Shown here one piece after another: positions 46,413 to 56,388 of a DNA stretch of 64,000 bases. The translations under genes were made by a program, and so were the position numbers. How positions within the stretch are numbered: the stretch's first letter is position 1; every line of letters begins with the position of its first letter. A model generated the notes under the pieces. That model searched no databases. It was not told the origin of the DNA and was given only the letters and a program-made list of their open reading frames with translations. Source of the DNA: Candidatus Campbellbacteria bacterium (lineage in GTDB: Bacteria > Patescibacteriota > Minisyncoccia > Phycocordibacterales > JABAAK01); the NCBI GenBank assembly GCA_028817035.1, contig JAPPQH010000015.1, positions 1,895 through 65,894 of the forward strand, read 5' to 3'.

Positions 46413-47039
46413 ATGACAGACGAGAAAAAACAACAAAAAAATACCAAAAAGGAAGAGGTAAAGAAAGCAAAACCTGCTGTCGCTTCTAAGAATGCGCCAA
46501 GGGACAAAAAGCAGAACAACCAAAGGAACAACAACAAAAAACCACAATCACGGGGTTCTTCTGGAAGACCTCAAAACAAAAGACAGAGAAAATCACGGGC
46601 TAACAAGTCTGAGGCGAAGGAGTTTGATCAAAAGATACTTTCAATAAGAAGGGTATCCCGAGTTGTTGCTGGCGGTCGCCGTTTCTCACTTTCTGTTGCG
46701 GTGGCGATAGGCAACCGCCGTGGCAAAGTTGGAATTGGAAAGGGAAAAGCGACAGACACAGTTCAAGCGATAGAAAAAGCAGCGGCACAAGCGAAAAAGA
46801 ATTTAATAAATGTCCCTCTCACCGAAACGCTTAGTATCCCTCATCAAGTGTCGGCAAAATACTGTGCTTCTGAGGTTATGCTTCGTCCTTCAAAATCATT
46901 CATAGCAGGTGGTGCAGTTAGACAGATAGCAGATCTTGCTGGGATAAGAAATATAAACGCAAAAATAAAAACACGCTCAAAAAATCATATCAACAACGCA
47001 AAGGCGACCGTAAAGGCGTTGAGTAAATTGATAACTTAA
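46413..47039 (+). CDS. rpsE: 30S ribosomal protein S5 with a K/Q-rich N-terminal extension
   Basis: S5 dsRBD and C-domain motifs. Confidence 0.9.
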   Translation: MTDEKKQQKNTKKEEVKKAKPAVASKNAPRDKKQNNQRNNNKKPQSRGSSGRPQNKRQRKSRANKSEAKEFDQKILSIRRVSRVVAGGRRFSLSVAVAIGNRRGKVGIGKGKATDTVQAIEKAAAQAKKNLINVPLTETLSIPHQVSAKYCASEVMLRPSKSFIAGGAVRQIADLAGIRNINAKIKTRSKNHINNAKATVKALSKLIT

Positions 47040-47042
47040 AAT

Positions 47043-47489
47043 ATGAAAATTCACGAACTCAAAAAAGAATCACATAAAAAAGATAAAAAAAGAATTGCAC
47101 GGGGAGGCGCAAGGGGTAAAACTGCTGGTCGCGGAACAAAAGGACAGAAATCAAGGGCAGGAACAAGGATAAGACCTGCTTTCAGGGATGTGTTTCAGAA
47201 GATACCAAAAAAGAGAGGACACAACAAAAATCGCGGAAGGACGCTTCGTCGCAGGTTTGTTCCAAGAACAGAGATATCAATTGGTTCGCTAAACAGCATA
47301 GAAGGAAAGCTAATAAATCCCCGCACACTTCTAAAGGGCGGTGTTATAAAAAAGCAAAGGGGAATGTTGCCAAATGTAAAACTGCTCGGAAGGGGTGATG
47401 TAAAAAAGGCATTTTCTGTATATAATTGTTTTGTATCAGAAAGTGCTAAACAAAAAATTGAAAAAGCAGGGGGTAAAGTGCACATATAA
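47043..47489 (+). CDS. rplO: 50S ribosomal protein L15. It follows S5 directly; no L30 gene lies between them
   Basis: Order and similarity. Confidence 0.85.
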   Translation: MKIHELKKESHKKDKKRIARGGARGKTAGRGTKGQKSRAGTRIRPAFRDVFQKIPKKRGHNKNRGRTLRRRFVPRTEISIGSLNSIEGKLINPRTLLKGGVIKKQRGMLPNVKLLGRGDVKKAFSVYNCFVSESAKQKIEKAGGKVHI

Positions 47490-47492
47490 ATT

Positions 47493-48776
47493 ATGACTAT
47501 AATACAAACATTATCAGCAATAGCAACTGACAAAATTCTCGTTAGAAGAATAGGATTCATCCTTTTTGGTCTTATCTGTTTCCGTCTTCTTGCTTCCATT
47601 CCTGTTCCAGGAGTTGATACAAATGTTCTAAGCGCACTCCTTGAACAAAACCAATTTTTAGGCATATTCAACATATTTTCAGGTGGTGGTCTTGAGAACT
47701 TTTCAATAGCACTTTTGGGTGTGTTTCCATACATTACTGTTGCCATTGTTGCCCAGTTGTTGACAAGCGTGATTCCACGACTTCACGAGCTTTATCACGA
47801 AGAGGGAGAAATAGGAAGAAAAAAGATGGGGCAATACATAAGAGTAGCATCCGTTCCCATCGCTGCTGCAAACGCATTCGGTCTTTTAACTTACTTTCAG
47901 ACAACGGGAGTCCTCCCAGAACTTGACTGGTTTGTGATGTTGGTAAATGTATCCGTCATGACGGCAGGTGCCGTTTTGTTGATGTGGGTTGGTGAGCTTA
48001 TGACAGAGTTTGGAATAGGTAACGGAATCTCAATGATAGTTTTTGCAGGTATCGTGGTTAACATCCCTACATTAATAGGTCAGGCAGTGTTTGCCTTTGA
48101 AACAGCAGATATACCGCTTTATGTCGGCATCATACTCGGCATATTTGTCTTGTTCTATATTGTTGTATTGGTGAATGAAGCAGCACGACCAGTCCCTGTA
48201 ACATACGCCCGTTTTGAGCGTAGCGGAACAACGCAAGCAAGCAGAACTTCTACATATCTTCCACTCAAAGTAAATCCAGTAGGAGTGTTGCCATCAATAT
48301 TTGCATTAACCATCGTGGCGTTTGTCCGATTTTTATCTGGAACTTTAAGCAATAGTTCAAACGAAATAGTTTCAACCGCCGCACAAGCGACACACACTTT
48401 TCTGGCAAATAATTATTACTTCGCAATTCCTGTGTTTATCCTTGTCATATTCTTCACATATTTCTACACGCCTATAGTCCTCAACACCAAAAAAATGTCA
48501 GAGAATTTGCAGAAACAAGGTGCGTTTGTTCCAGGGATAAGACCAGGAGGAGAAACAAAAGAATATATGGACACCATAATAATACGCATCTTGGGTGTCG
48601 GCGCTTTGTTCCTTGGTGTTGTGACTGCATCTCCGTTTTTAATTCAAGGAGGCGTAACACAGACAGCACTTTTTGCAATAGGTGGAACATCAGTTCTCAT
48701 TACCGTGTCTGTTATCCTTGATATTCATAGAAAAATACAGGCACACCTCGTAACCTTTAACAAAAATGATGTCTGA
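47493..48776 (+). CDS. secY: Preprotein translocase SecY
   Basis: 10 TM helices, conserved SecY motifs. Confidence 0.95.
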   Translation: MTIIQTLSAIATDKILVRRIGFILFGLICFRLLASIPVPGVDTNVLSALLEQNQFLGIFNIFSGGGLENFSIALLGVFPYITVAIVAQLLTSVIPRLHELYHEEGEIGRKKMGQYIRVASVPIAAANAFGLLTYFQTTGVLPELDWFVMLVNVSVMTAGAVLLMWVGELMTEFGIGNGISMIVFAGIVVNIPTLIGQAVFAFETADIPLYVGIILGIFVLFYIVVLVNEAARPVPVTYARFERSGTTQASRTSTYLPLKVNPVGVLPSIFALTIVAFVRFLSGTLSNSSNEIVSTAAQATHTFLANNYYFAIPVFILVIFFTYFYTPIVLNTKKMSENLQKQGAFVPGIRPGGETKEYMDTIIIRILGVGALFLGVVTASPFLIQGGVTQTALFAIGGTSVLITVSVILDIHRKIQAHLVTFNKNDV

Positions 48777-49368
48777 TAACAAATGCTACATAATATACGG
48801 TTCGCCAGGATCGGGAAAAAGCGTTCAAGCTGAGATACTTGTGAAGTGGCTGAAGGAAGAAAAAAAGGAAAAAGCGACACTTTTCTCAATGGGGCACGCA
48901 CTCAGAGAAATGGCGAAAGAAGACGAGGGGACCCTTTTTGGTAGGTGTCTAAAAGAGTATTTGAATAAAGGATACCTTGTCCCCAAATTCCTACCAACGA
49001 TGATATGGGGTGATTTCCTAAGAAAAAATATAGGCAGCGAATATGACTCATTTGTGTTTGACGGTGGCGCAAGAAGGATAGGAGAATCAGAAAGCCTGTC
49101 AGAAGCCCTTAAATTTCTGAAAATGGATCCAGTAGTTTTTTTGATATCTGTCCCCAACGATGTCTCAAGAGAAAGATTGCTGAAACGAGGTCGGCATGAT
49201 GATAGGGATATTGAAGTCATAGACAAGAGGATTGAGATGTTTAATAAAGAAACAAGCGCAGCGATAAAAGAATGGGTCGCAATGGATGAAAAAATATACA
49301 CAATAGATGGCACAAAGACGATAGGAGGTGTCGCTGAGCAAGTAGTTGATGTCCTAAAATCTCTATGA
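48766..49368 (+). CDS. adk: Adenylate kinase
   Basis: P-loop GSPGSGKS, LID/NMP-binding motifs. Confidence 0.9.
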   Translation: MMSDNKCYIIYGSPGSGKSVQAEILVKWLKEEKKEKATLFSMGHALREMAKEDEGTLFGRCLKEYLNKGYLVPKFLPTMIWGDFLRKNIGSEYDSFVFDGGARRIGESESLSEALKFLKMDPVVFLISVPNDVSRERLLKRGRHDDRDIEVIDKRIEMFNKETSAAIKEWVAMDEKIYTIDGTKTIGGVAEQVVDVLKSL

Positions 49369-50135
49369 TAATAAAAACACAAAAAGAACGAGATACCATA
49401 AAAGAAGCTGGTAGGCGATTGCATAAAATATTAAGAGATGTCGCATCACGCGCAAAGGTTGGAACAGATGCGAGTGAATTAAATACTCTCTGTATAGAAA
49501 TGATAAAAGCAGGCGGTGATGTTCCAGCGTTTCTGAATTACACGCCGTATGGCGCAAAGAGACCTTATCCCGCAGCGCTCTGTGTGTCTGTTAATGATGA
49601 AGTGGTACACGGCATTCCAAATGAAACACAAAAAGTATTCAAAAAAGGTGATGTCGTGTCATTTGACTGCGGACTCATACACAACGGGTTTTTTGTTGAT
49701 TCTGCGATAACAATAGTAATTGGCGAGGATGATATAGACAAAAACTTAAAGCGGCTTCTAAGGACGGGAAGAGAAGCGCTTGAAATGGGGATTGTCGCAG
49801 CAAAGACAGGAAACACAACAGGTCACATAGGACATGCTGTTTATGAAAGAGTATCAAAAGAAAACTACAGTGTCCCAAAAGAGTTGGGCGGTCACGGAGT
49901 GGGCAGAGCAGTTCACGAAGAACCTTTTATTCCTAACAAAGGAATAAAAGGAAGCGGTGAAGTTCTTAAAGAAGGACAGGTTATCGCAATAGAGCCCATG
50001 GTTATTGAAAGCACAAACAACAAAATTAAAGTTGATGAAGACGGCTACACATACAGAACAAAAAGCGGTGCACGGGCAGTTCACTTTGAACATACCATTG
50101 AAGTGACAAACAAAGGTGGAGTTGTCATAACTTAG
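49365..50135 (+). CDS. map: Methionine aminopeptidase type I
   Basis: Pita-bread metal-ligand residues (D, D, H, E, E) in conserved positions. Confidence 0.9.
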   Translation: MIIKTQKERDTIKEAGRRLHKILRDVASRAKVGTDASELNTLCIEMIKAGGDVPAFLNYTPYGAKRPYPAALCVSVNDEVVHGIPNETQKVFKKGDVVSFDCGLIHNGFFVDSAITIVIGEDDIDKNLKRLLRTGREALEMGIVAAKTGNTTGHIGHAVYERVSKENYSVPKELGGHGVGRAVHEEPFIPNKGIKGSGEVLKEGQVIAIEPMVIESTNNKIKVDEDGYTYRTKSGARAVHFEHTIEVTNKGGVVIT

Positions 50136-50153
50136 GAAAAATAATATAATTCT

Positions 50154-50753
50154 TTGTATATGAAAAACGAAAAAACATTAGTCATAGTCAAGCCAGACGG
50201 TGTCCAGCGCTCTCTCATAGGAGAAATAATTACAAGAATGGAAAGAGTAGGGCTTAAATTGGTTGCTATAAAAATTTTGATACCAGATGATGAAACAGTA
50301 AGAAAACATTACACCGTTGACCCTATGTGGATTAAGGGCACAGGTGAAAAACTTATTGAGAATCTAAAAAACAAAGGATCAAACGAGTTTGAAACACCAG
50401 AAGAAGCCGGAAAATCTGTTTTGAACAACCTTGTTAAGTTTATGACTTGTGGACCTGTTGTTGCTATGGTATGGCAGGGCGCAAACGCAGTGCAACTTGT
50501 GAGAAAACTTGTGGGAACAACCGAACCCTTGTCTTCTGATGTGGGAACAATAAGAGGGGACTTGGTGCTTGACTCCTACAAACTCGCAGATGTTGACGGA
50601 AGGGCAGTCAGGAACATAATTCACGCCTCTTCTTCCACAGAGGATGCTGACAAAGAGGTAGCCGTTTGGTTTGATAATAAAGAGCTTTTGAAGTATCGCC
50701 TAATTGCAGAGCAAATAATCTATGATGTCAATATTGACGGTCTAAAGGAGTGA
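50154..50753 (+). CDS. ndk: Nucleoside diphosphate kinase (with an insertion of about 50 aa)
   Basis: TLVIVKPDGVQR...GPVVAMVWQG...NIIHAS with catalytic His. Confidence 0.85.
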   Translation: MYMKNEKTLVIVKPDGVQRSLIGEIITRMERVGLKLVAIKILIPDDETVRKHYTVDPMWIKGTGEKLIENLKNKGSNEFETPEEAGKSVLNNLVKFMTCGPVVAMVWQGANAVQLVRKLVGTTEPLSSDVGTIRGDLVLDSYKLADVDGRAVRNIIHASSSTEDADKEVAVWFDNKELLKYRLIAEQIIYDVNIDGLKE

Positions 50754-50871
50754 TTTAAAATATAAGTAGTGTTCTGGAAGAGATTACACAATATATATAG
50801 GATATACTCGATACAATTTTAATTGAGTTAACCACATGACCAAAAGGTCTTATAAGGAGCACTTTAAAAAC

Positions 50872-50925
50872 ACACAAAGCCTATCCTGCTCTAAGGATAG
50901 GTTTTGTGTGTTTATCCGTTTTTTG
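50872..50925 (+). terminator. Intrinsic terminator after ndk (acaaagcctatcc...ggataggttttgt + T-rich tract)
   Basis: 13-bp stem with one G-U pair, followed by tgtgtgtttatccgtttttt. Confidence 0.5.
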
Positions 50926-50944
50926 TGGGTGTATACTAAGAAAT

Positions 50945-51796
50945 ATGGAAAACTACATAGGTTTAATTGTCATACTTATATCCGTTGCAGTAATTATTTT
51001 TTTCTTAATAATAATAATTCTTTTTTATGATGACATCCTTAAATTTGCTCCACAGGAAATAAGAATTCGTGATGAAACCTCCACAACAACAGACAACAGA
51101 GATAGAGAAACACAATCCCCACTTCAAGACAACAGAGAAACACGCACACAAGAGCAAGAACAAGAAGACACAAGAGATGAAGAAAGCATAGCACGAGATT
51201 ATGAAACAGATGAAGAAACTCTCATCCGTCTTGCAAGAAGTAGAGATGAAGATGTCAGATACGAAGTTGCGAGAAACCCAAACACACCAAAAGAATCATT
51301 GCGCCGTCTTGCAGAAGATGATTTTGATTTTGTAAGAAAAGAAGTCGCAAAAAATGAAAACACATTAGGAAAAACACTTGATTACCTTGCCGGTGACGGT
51401 GATTGGGAAGTAAGAGAGTATGTTGCGCAACATTCAAACACTTTTACCACAACACTTGACACACTTTCAAAAGATAAAAGACGAGAGGTAAGAGAAGAAG
51501 TCGCACTTAACCCAAGAACAACAAGGGGGACACTTCGCTCCCTTGCAAGCGATCAAGAGGAAAATGTGAGAGAAGCCGTTGCAAGACACCCCAATACATC
51601 ATCACAAACACTCCGCTTCCTCTCACGCGACACCTATGCAGAGATAAGAGAAGAAGTGGCAGGAAACCCCAACACACCATCAGATGTCCTTGGACGGCTT
51701 TCTGATAACGATGAAGAAAAAGATAGATATGTAAGAAAAGCAGCAGTCAGAAATCCCAACTACGATTCAGAAAAATACAAATACGAAAACGATTAA
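50945..51796 (+). CDS. Membrane-anchored acidic protein with leucine-rich-repeat-variant (LRV)-like repeats (VRxxVAxNPNTP)
   Basis: One TM helix, then at least 6 repeats such as VRYEVARNPNTPKESLRRLA, VREEVALNPRTTRGTLRSLA, VREAVARHPNTSSQTLRFLS, IREEVAGNPNTPSDVLGRLS. Confidence 0.5.
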   Translation: MENYIGLIVILISVAVIIFFLIIIILFYDDILKFAPQEIRIRDETSTTTDNRDRETQSPLQDNRETRTQEQEQEDTRDEESIARDYETDEETLIRLARSRDEDVRYEVARNPNTPKESLRRLAEDDFDFVRKEVAKNENTLGKTLDYLAGDGDWEVREYVAQHSNTFTTTLDTLSKDKRREVREEVALNPRTTRGTLRSLASDQEENVREAVARHPNTSSQTLRFLSRDTYAEIREEVAGNPNTPSDVLGRLSDNDEEKDRYVRKAAVRNPNYDSEKYKYEND

Positions 51797-51877
51797 ATCT
51801 ACTTTTACCAATCTATAGTAAATATTCTATCGAAGACCCCTATTCACACCAAACAATTTTTATTATAAGATATAGTA

Positions 51878-52192
51878 ATGAAAAAAAATTATAAATATAT
51901 TATAGGTGTAGCGGTGATTATAATAGTCGCTGGTGTTTTATATGTAAATAGTGTCCATTACAAGGCAACTCAATATTGTAACTCAACAATAAAAGATTCT
52001 TATCGTACCATCGCTTGTATTGGGTCTGAAAGTGGAGAAAGAGTGTTTCTACCTCTGGGCGAAAGTTGCAATACATACTTGTGGAGGGGAATAAAATTTA
52101 CAGGAAAAACAGAAGAGCAGTTAGAACGGGATGTAAAGAGTTGTATAAGTGAGTATAAGAGAGAATACAAGATTAAAAAATATGAGTTGTAA
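51878..52192 (+). CDS. small secreted/membrane Cys-containing protein (hypothetical)
   Basis: Signal-anchor plus 6 Cys. Confidence 0.35.
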   Translation: MKKNYKYIIGVAVIIIVAGVLYVNSVHYKATQYCNSTIKDSYRTIACIGSESGERVFLPLGESCNTYLWRGIKFTGKTEEQLERDVKSCISEYKREYKIKKYEL

Positions 52193-52210
52193 TTAAACAC
52201 AAAGTATAAT

Positions 52211-53014
52211 TTACCCTGTTTCTTCTTCTATCAATTTTAACATTATTTGTCTTTTTTCCTTTGGACCAGAAGGATATAACCGTGAAGGGTGTTGTATAGT
52301 GGTCATTGCTCCTACTATATCACCAGTTGTATCATCAAAACTTTCTTGAAATGTTGCACATGCCAGACAGTAAGGAAGATTGTGAAGAGGTAAAAATTGC
52401 ACCTCAAATTTCTCTTCTTGAAACACTTTCTCAGTATTCCCATCAAACAAATCCCTTATTATTTGTTCAACATAAAGTCCTTTTTTCCCAATCCCTGTTT
52501 TATCTTTATCTGTTAAAAAAATCGCTGTTCTTAATTTTTCTGCACTTTTATCATTGCAAGTCGAGTAAACAAAATCACCTTTTTTCGGATTTTCTTTATA
52601 TTTATCATTTATATTAAAGTTTAATATATATGCTATAAGACTAATACCATTTTCCTTAAAATATTCTAATTCCAATTCCTCAACATACATACCAATTCCT
52701 TTTATTGTTCCATCATTATTTCTACCAGAGGTAATACCCCTGCCTGAAATCTGAATAAATACCTCTTTTCCAAATATATGAAAACTTAACTTTGGCTCAG
52801 TGCTTAAATCTAAAGAATCCATCTCATTTAAGTCCTGCCCATCCTGTCTTGCAACATCCCATCTCTTATTGGAAGAGTTTTTTAGATAACTATTTGGAAT
52901 AGTAATAGCAAATCCATCACTAATTAGAAAGATCTTTGCCAAATTCCTTTCAGCGTGGCGAACATATATTCTATCTTTTTTCATACCTTCACTATATTGT
53001 TCCACATGTATCAT
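52211..53014 (-). CDS. hypothetical protein (267 aa)
   Basis: Clean ORF, no recognisable motif. Confidence 0.4.
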   Translation of the reverse strand: MIHVEQYSEGMKKDRIYVRHAERNLAKIFLISDGFAITIPNSYLKNSSNKRWDVARQDGQDLNEMDSLDLSTEPKLSFHIFGKEVFIQISGRGITSGRNNDGTIKGIGMYVEELELEYFKENGISLIAYILNFNINDKYKENPKKGDFVYSTCNDKSAEKLRTAIFLTDKDKTGIGKKGLYVEQIIRDLFDGNTEKVFQEEKFEVQFLPLHNLPYCLACATFQESFDDTTGDIVGAMTTIQHPSRLYPSGPKEKRQIMLKLIEEETG

Positions 53015-53040
53015 AATAAAATGTAGTAACTCTGAGTTAA

Positions 53041-53391
53041 CTACTTACTCTCCACCTGCGTGACAATTCTATCAAATGTTTCGGGATGTTCCTGCGCTAT
53101 GGAAGAAAGCATCTTTCGGTTTATATTTATTTTTCTTTTATTTAAAGTATCTATAAATTTACTGTAAGTGGTATTTTTTGATCTCAAGGCAGCGTTTAAT
53201 CTAATGTTCCACAACCTTCTGAAAGTTCCCTTTTTTACCCGCCTATCTCTGTATGCGTGGAGTCCAGCGTGCCTTATAGCCTCGTTTGCCTGTCGCTCTT
53301 TATTTGAAATTCCAAAACGAAAACCTTTCACCTTTTTTAAGGTACTCTTTCTTCTTTTTAGTGATGTTGTTCCTCGTTTTATTCTTGGCAT
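53041..53391 (-). CDS. rplT: 50S ribosomal protein L20
   Basis: MPRIKRGTTSLKRRK... Confidence 0.9.
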   Translation of the reverse strand: MPRIKRGTTSLKRRKSTLKKVKGFRFGISNKERQANEAIRHAGLHAYRDRRVKKGTFRRLWNIRLNAALRSKNTTYSKFIDTLNKRKININRKMLSSIAQEHPETFDRIVTQVESK

Positions 53392-53406
53392 AAATAGATA
53401 GTATAA

Positions 53407-53589
53407 TTAAAGATTTACAAAGAACCTCTGCATCTCTTTTTTAGACACAGACAGCGGTCTGCCCCTGTTCCTTGCCAGTTGCTTCCTGCGTGACATTTTT
53501 GCATTAAAATGACCGTGACCTGACTTTCTTACTCTCACGCCAGACCCTTTCAATGCAATTCTCTTTTTTACTGATTTATTTGTTTTCAT
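53407..53589 (-). CDS. rpmI: 50S ribosomal protein L35
   Basis: MKTNKSVKKR... Confidence 0.85.
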   Translation of the reverse strand: MKTNKSVKKRIALKGSGVRVRKSGHGHFNAKMSRRKQLARNRGRPLSVSKKEMQRFFVNL

Positions 53590-53668
53590 ATTCTACAAAT
53601 AGACAATATATAAAACATACACTATTTCCCATTATTAAGTCAATCCCATCGCAAATATCGCTTTATGG

Positions 53669-53703
53669 AAAAAAAAGGAGACCCATACGACCGTATGGGT
53701 CTC
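53669..53703 (-). terminator. Strong minus-strand intrinsic terminator (gagacccatacg/cgtatgggtctc perfect stem + U8) between the 148-aa ORF and rpmI
   Basis: Perfect 12-bp inverted repeat followed on the minus strand by tttttttt. Confidence 0.6.
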
Positions 53704-53709
53704 TCGGGA

Positions 53710-54156
53710 TCAATGTAGCGTAGGAACTGCGCCCTCTGTGGGCTTGCTCTCACCCCCTGCGGACCTTTCCTTACCCAACACCTTTGAGGTTACTCGGTAT
53801 GCCGTCTCCGCGCACATTTGGTTGAAACCAACCCTACGCCAAACTCTCACGAATTCCTCTTCTCCCAGACCAAAAATTATTGAAAGCTCCTCTCTTGTGA
53901 AGATGAAAACAAAATTCCTTATAGCATCTTCTTTCTCAGGGGTCATATCACCCTCACCAAGGGCTTTAATCCTCTTTCTGTCTCCATCTGAAAGAAAACT
54001 CCTTACCCTTTTAACGATACCTTTAACCACTGCCTCTTTGTTCTCCATCTGCTTCCACCTCTCTGTGTGTAAAACCTTTTTGTCCTTTCTCTTTTCCTTT
54101 CTCATAGAATAGAAAAGATTAATAAAAATATTATCACACCCCACGAAAAAACACAA
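53710..54156 (-). CDS. hypothetical protein inserted between infC and rpmI; its 3' end is GC-rich
   Basis: ORF with its own terminator. No family recognised. Confidence 0.35.
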   Translation of the reverse strand: MCFFVGCDNIFINLFYSMRKEKRKDKKVLHTERWKQMENKEAVVKGIVKRVRSFLSDGDRKRIKALGEGDMTPEKEDAIRNFVFIFTREELSIIFGLGEEEFVRVWRRVGFNQMCAETAYRVTSKVLGKERSAGGESKPTEGAVPTLH

Positions 54157-54175
54157 CCCGCCACCAAACCACCAA

Positions 54176-54754
54176 CTACTCGCCCTTCTTCTTTTCTTCA
54201 GTTTGATCTTTTACACCACCACCTTTCTTCTCCTGTATCACTATAGAAAAACCCTTAGGACTCTTTTTCAATTCTTCTGCCACATCATAAGGGTAGGGTA
54301 TGAAATCTAAAAATGCCTGCAACTTGCCCTTAAGAAATTTCTCATCCATATATTTATAGCGACCAAACAAAAATAAATCAATCCGAACCCTGTGCTTCTC
54401 TTTCAGCCACTCTTCAATTTTTTTGGCTCGCATATTTATCTCGTTTTTTCCTGTGGTTGGTTTTATCTGTATGGTCTTCGTCTCGCTTATGTGTTGTTTC
54501 TGTTTTATCTCCTTCTGTTTCTTTTTCTGCTCGTATGCATATTTGCCGTATTCAACTATTCTGACAACAGGCGGAACCGCCTTTCCTGACACCTCAACAA
54601 CATCAAGCCCATCTTTCTGCGCCATCGCAATAACATCCTTAATAGACATCACATTAAGGTTTTCGCCGTCTTTTCCTATTGCACGGACCTTCTCTGCCCT
54701 AATCTCCTCATTTATGCGAACTCTCCCCGAGCTCTTTTTTAGTTTATTTTTCAA
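54176..54754 (-). CDS. infC: Translation initiation factor IF-3
   Basis: RINEEIRAEKVRAIGKDGENLNVMSIKDVIAMAQKDGLDVVEV and C-terminal domain. Confidence 0.85.
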   Translation of the reverse strand: MKNKLKKSSGRVRINEEIRAEKVRAIGKDGENLNVMSIKDVIAMAQKDGLDVVEVSGKAVPPVVRIVEYGKYAYEQKKKQKEIKQKQHISETKTIQIKPTTGKNEINMRAKKIEEWLKEKHRVRIDLFLFGRYKYMDEKFLKGKLQAFLDFIPYPYDVAEELKKSPKGFSIVIQEKKGGGVKDQTEEKKKGE

Positions 54755-54817
54755 AATTTATATTTATTATCTTATAAATTAAGTATAGCGACATAAGCAT
54801 AATATGTAAAGCGCAAA

Positions 54818-55576
54818 TTGTTGATGTATAATTGGGTAATGGAAGGTTCTCGACACAACAAAACCAAAAAACACAAAGCACAAATCATATTTTCCTTTTA
54901 TTTGTCTTTAATAATCGGTGTGGCTATGATCTTTAGCGCACTTTGGTATACAAACAGCGTGCTCCTGTTCGGCATCAAGGACTCAATAAACAGCGTAAAA
55001 GGAACACTCATCATTTCTGTCAACAGCAAAATAAAAAGCATCACCTCTGAAGACCACATCCGCGGAGACAAAGACAAAGCAGAAGTTTTTTTGATAGAGT
55101 ATTCCGATGTATTCTGTCCAGCATGCGCACAAATGCGTGAAACAATAAGAAAAGAATATAACTCAAGAAACAAAGACCTGGCTTGGGTGTACAGACACTT
55201 TCCACTCTCAACACATCACCCCTTTGCATACAGACCCGCGATTGGATCTGAATGTGTCGCTGAAATAAAAGGCAACGATGACTTCTGGAGATATGTAGAC
55301 ACATTGTTTGAGATAGAAAAAAGAGAAAAAGTAACAACAGAAATAGTGGAAAGGGAAGCAGTATCCTTGGGCATCTCTGAGCAGGAGTTTGAAAGATGCA
55401 TAGTAAAAAGAAAACATCAAGCGCGAGTCTTTGATGAGCGACTTGAAGCATTTTCTGCAGGAGCAATAGGAACGCCATTTATCATATTGGTAAACAGAAA
55501 CGGCGAAGTAAAAACACTACGCGGTGGCGCAATCCAGCAAAAAATACTCGCAGGCTTTATAGATTCTCTTTTGTAA
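54818..55576 (+). CDS. Membrane-anchored DsbA-like thioredoxin-fold oxidoreductase (CPAC active site)
   Basis: N-terminal TM, FLIEYSDVFCPACAQ. Confidence 0.65.
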   Translation: MLMYNWVMEGSRHNKTKKHKAQIIFSFYLSLIIGVAMIFSALWYTNSVLLFGIKDSINSVKGTLIISVNSKIKSITSEDHIRGDKDKAEVFLIEYSDVFCPACAQMRETIRKEYNSRNKDLAWVYRHFPLSTHHPFAYRPAIGSECVAEIKGNDDFWRYVDTLFEIEKREKVTTEIVEREAVSLGISEQEFERCIVKRKHQARVFDERLEAFSAGAIGTPFIILVNRNGEVKTLRGGAIQQKILAGFIDSLL

Positions 55577-55607
55577 GCGTTTATTTAGTGTATAATGATA
55601 TTTATAT

Positions 55608-56378
55608 ATGGAAGAAATAGAAACCAAACAAAAAAATAAAAAAACAAACGCCTTTGTCTTTTTTGTTGTATTAATCGTAATAGTTTTTTTACTCCTTTTT
55701 TATTCTACTGAAGTCAGCGAAGACATAGCCCGAGAACAACCAACACAACCCGCACAGCCAACACAACCAACGCCACCAACACAAAGAAACAGCGGCTACA
55801 GCAACGCCGACAGCACCGACAGATTTATAGAAGCCCTGGTAACCATCCGCGAATATGATCACATACGGGGAAACAGAAACTCAGAGGTCAGCGTCATTGA
55901 ATACTCTGACTTCCAATGCCCGTTTTGTGGCAGAGTTCACAACACACTTATTGAAACCGTAGAAGAATCAAACGGCAGAGTTTCGTGGGTTTATAGACAC
56001 CTCCCACTAACAGAAATACACCCCACAGCAACCGCCGCATCAAGCGTCTCTGAATGCATCGCAAGAGAGAAGGGAAACGATGAATTTTGGAGATTTACTG
56101 ACACACTATTTCTAAACGGAACAATATCTCTGAGTAGCAGAACACAGTTAGTAAAAGACACAGAAAGACAATTCCAAATATCAGAAACTACACTCAACCA
56201 GTGCATATCAGACCTCGCCATATCAGACCGCATAAAAGCAGACACAAACGAAGCAATACGCGCAAACATAAGAGGAACCCCCGGTCTATTATTGGTAAAC
56301 CACACAACAAAAAGATACCGCTTGTTACCAGGTGCAGTTTCAAAAGAACAACTCATCAGAGCAATAGCAAGTCTATAA
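55608..56378 (+). CDS. Second membrane-anchored DsbA-like oxidoreductase (CPFC) with P/T/Q linker
   Basis: VIEYSDFQCPFCGR; paralogue of the preceding gene. Confidence 0.65.
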   Translation: MEEIETKQKNKKTNAFVFFVVLIVIVFLLLFYSTEVSEDIAREQPTQPAQPTQPTPPTQRNSGYSNADSTDRFIEALVTIREYDHIRGNRNSEVSVIEYSDFQCPFCGRVHNTLIETVEESNGRVSWVYRHLPLTEIHPTATAASSVSECIAREKGNDEFWRFTDTLFLNGTISLSSRTQLVKDTERQFQISETTLNQCISDLAISDRIKADTNEAIRANIRGTPGLLLVNHTTKRYRLLPGAVSKEQLIRAIASL

Positions 56379-56388
56379 AACAGTCACC

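Noticed and set aside
31994-49424. Numerous antisense ORFs of 100-200 aa inside ribosomal-protein, secY and adk genes (e.g. 31994-32491, 36967-37443, 47195-47746, 48825-49424)
   Set aside because: They overlap strongly conserved genes on the opposite strand. They are AT-rich with no start context, so are judged spurious
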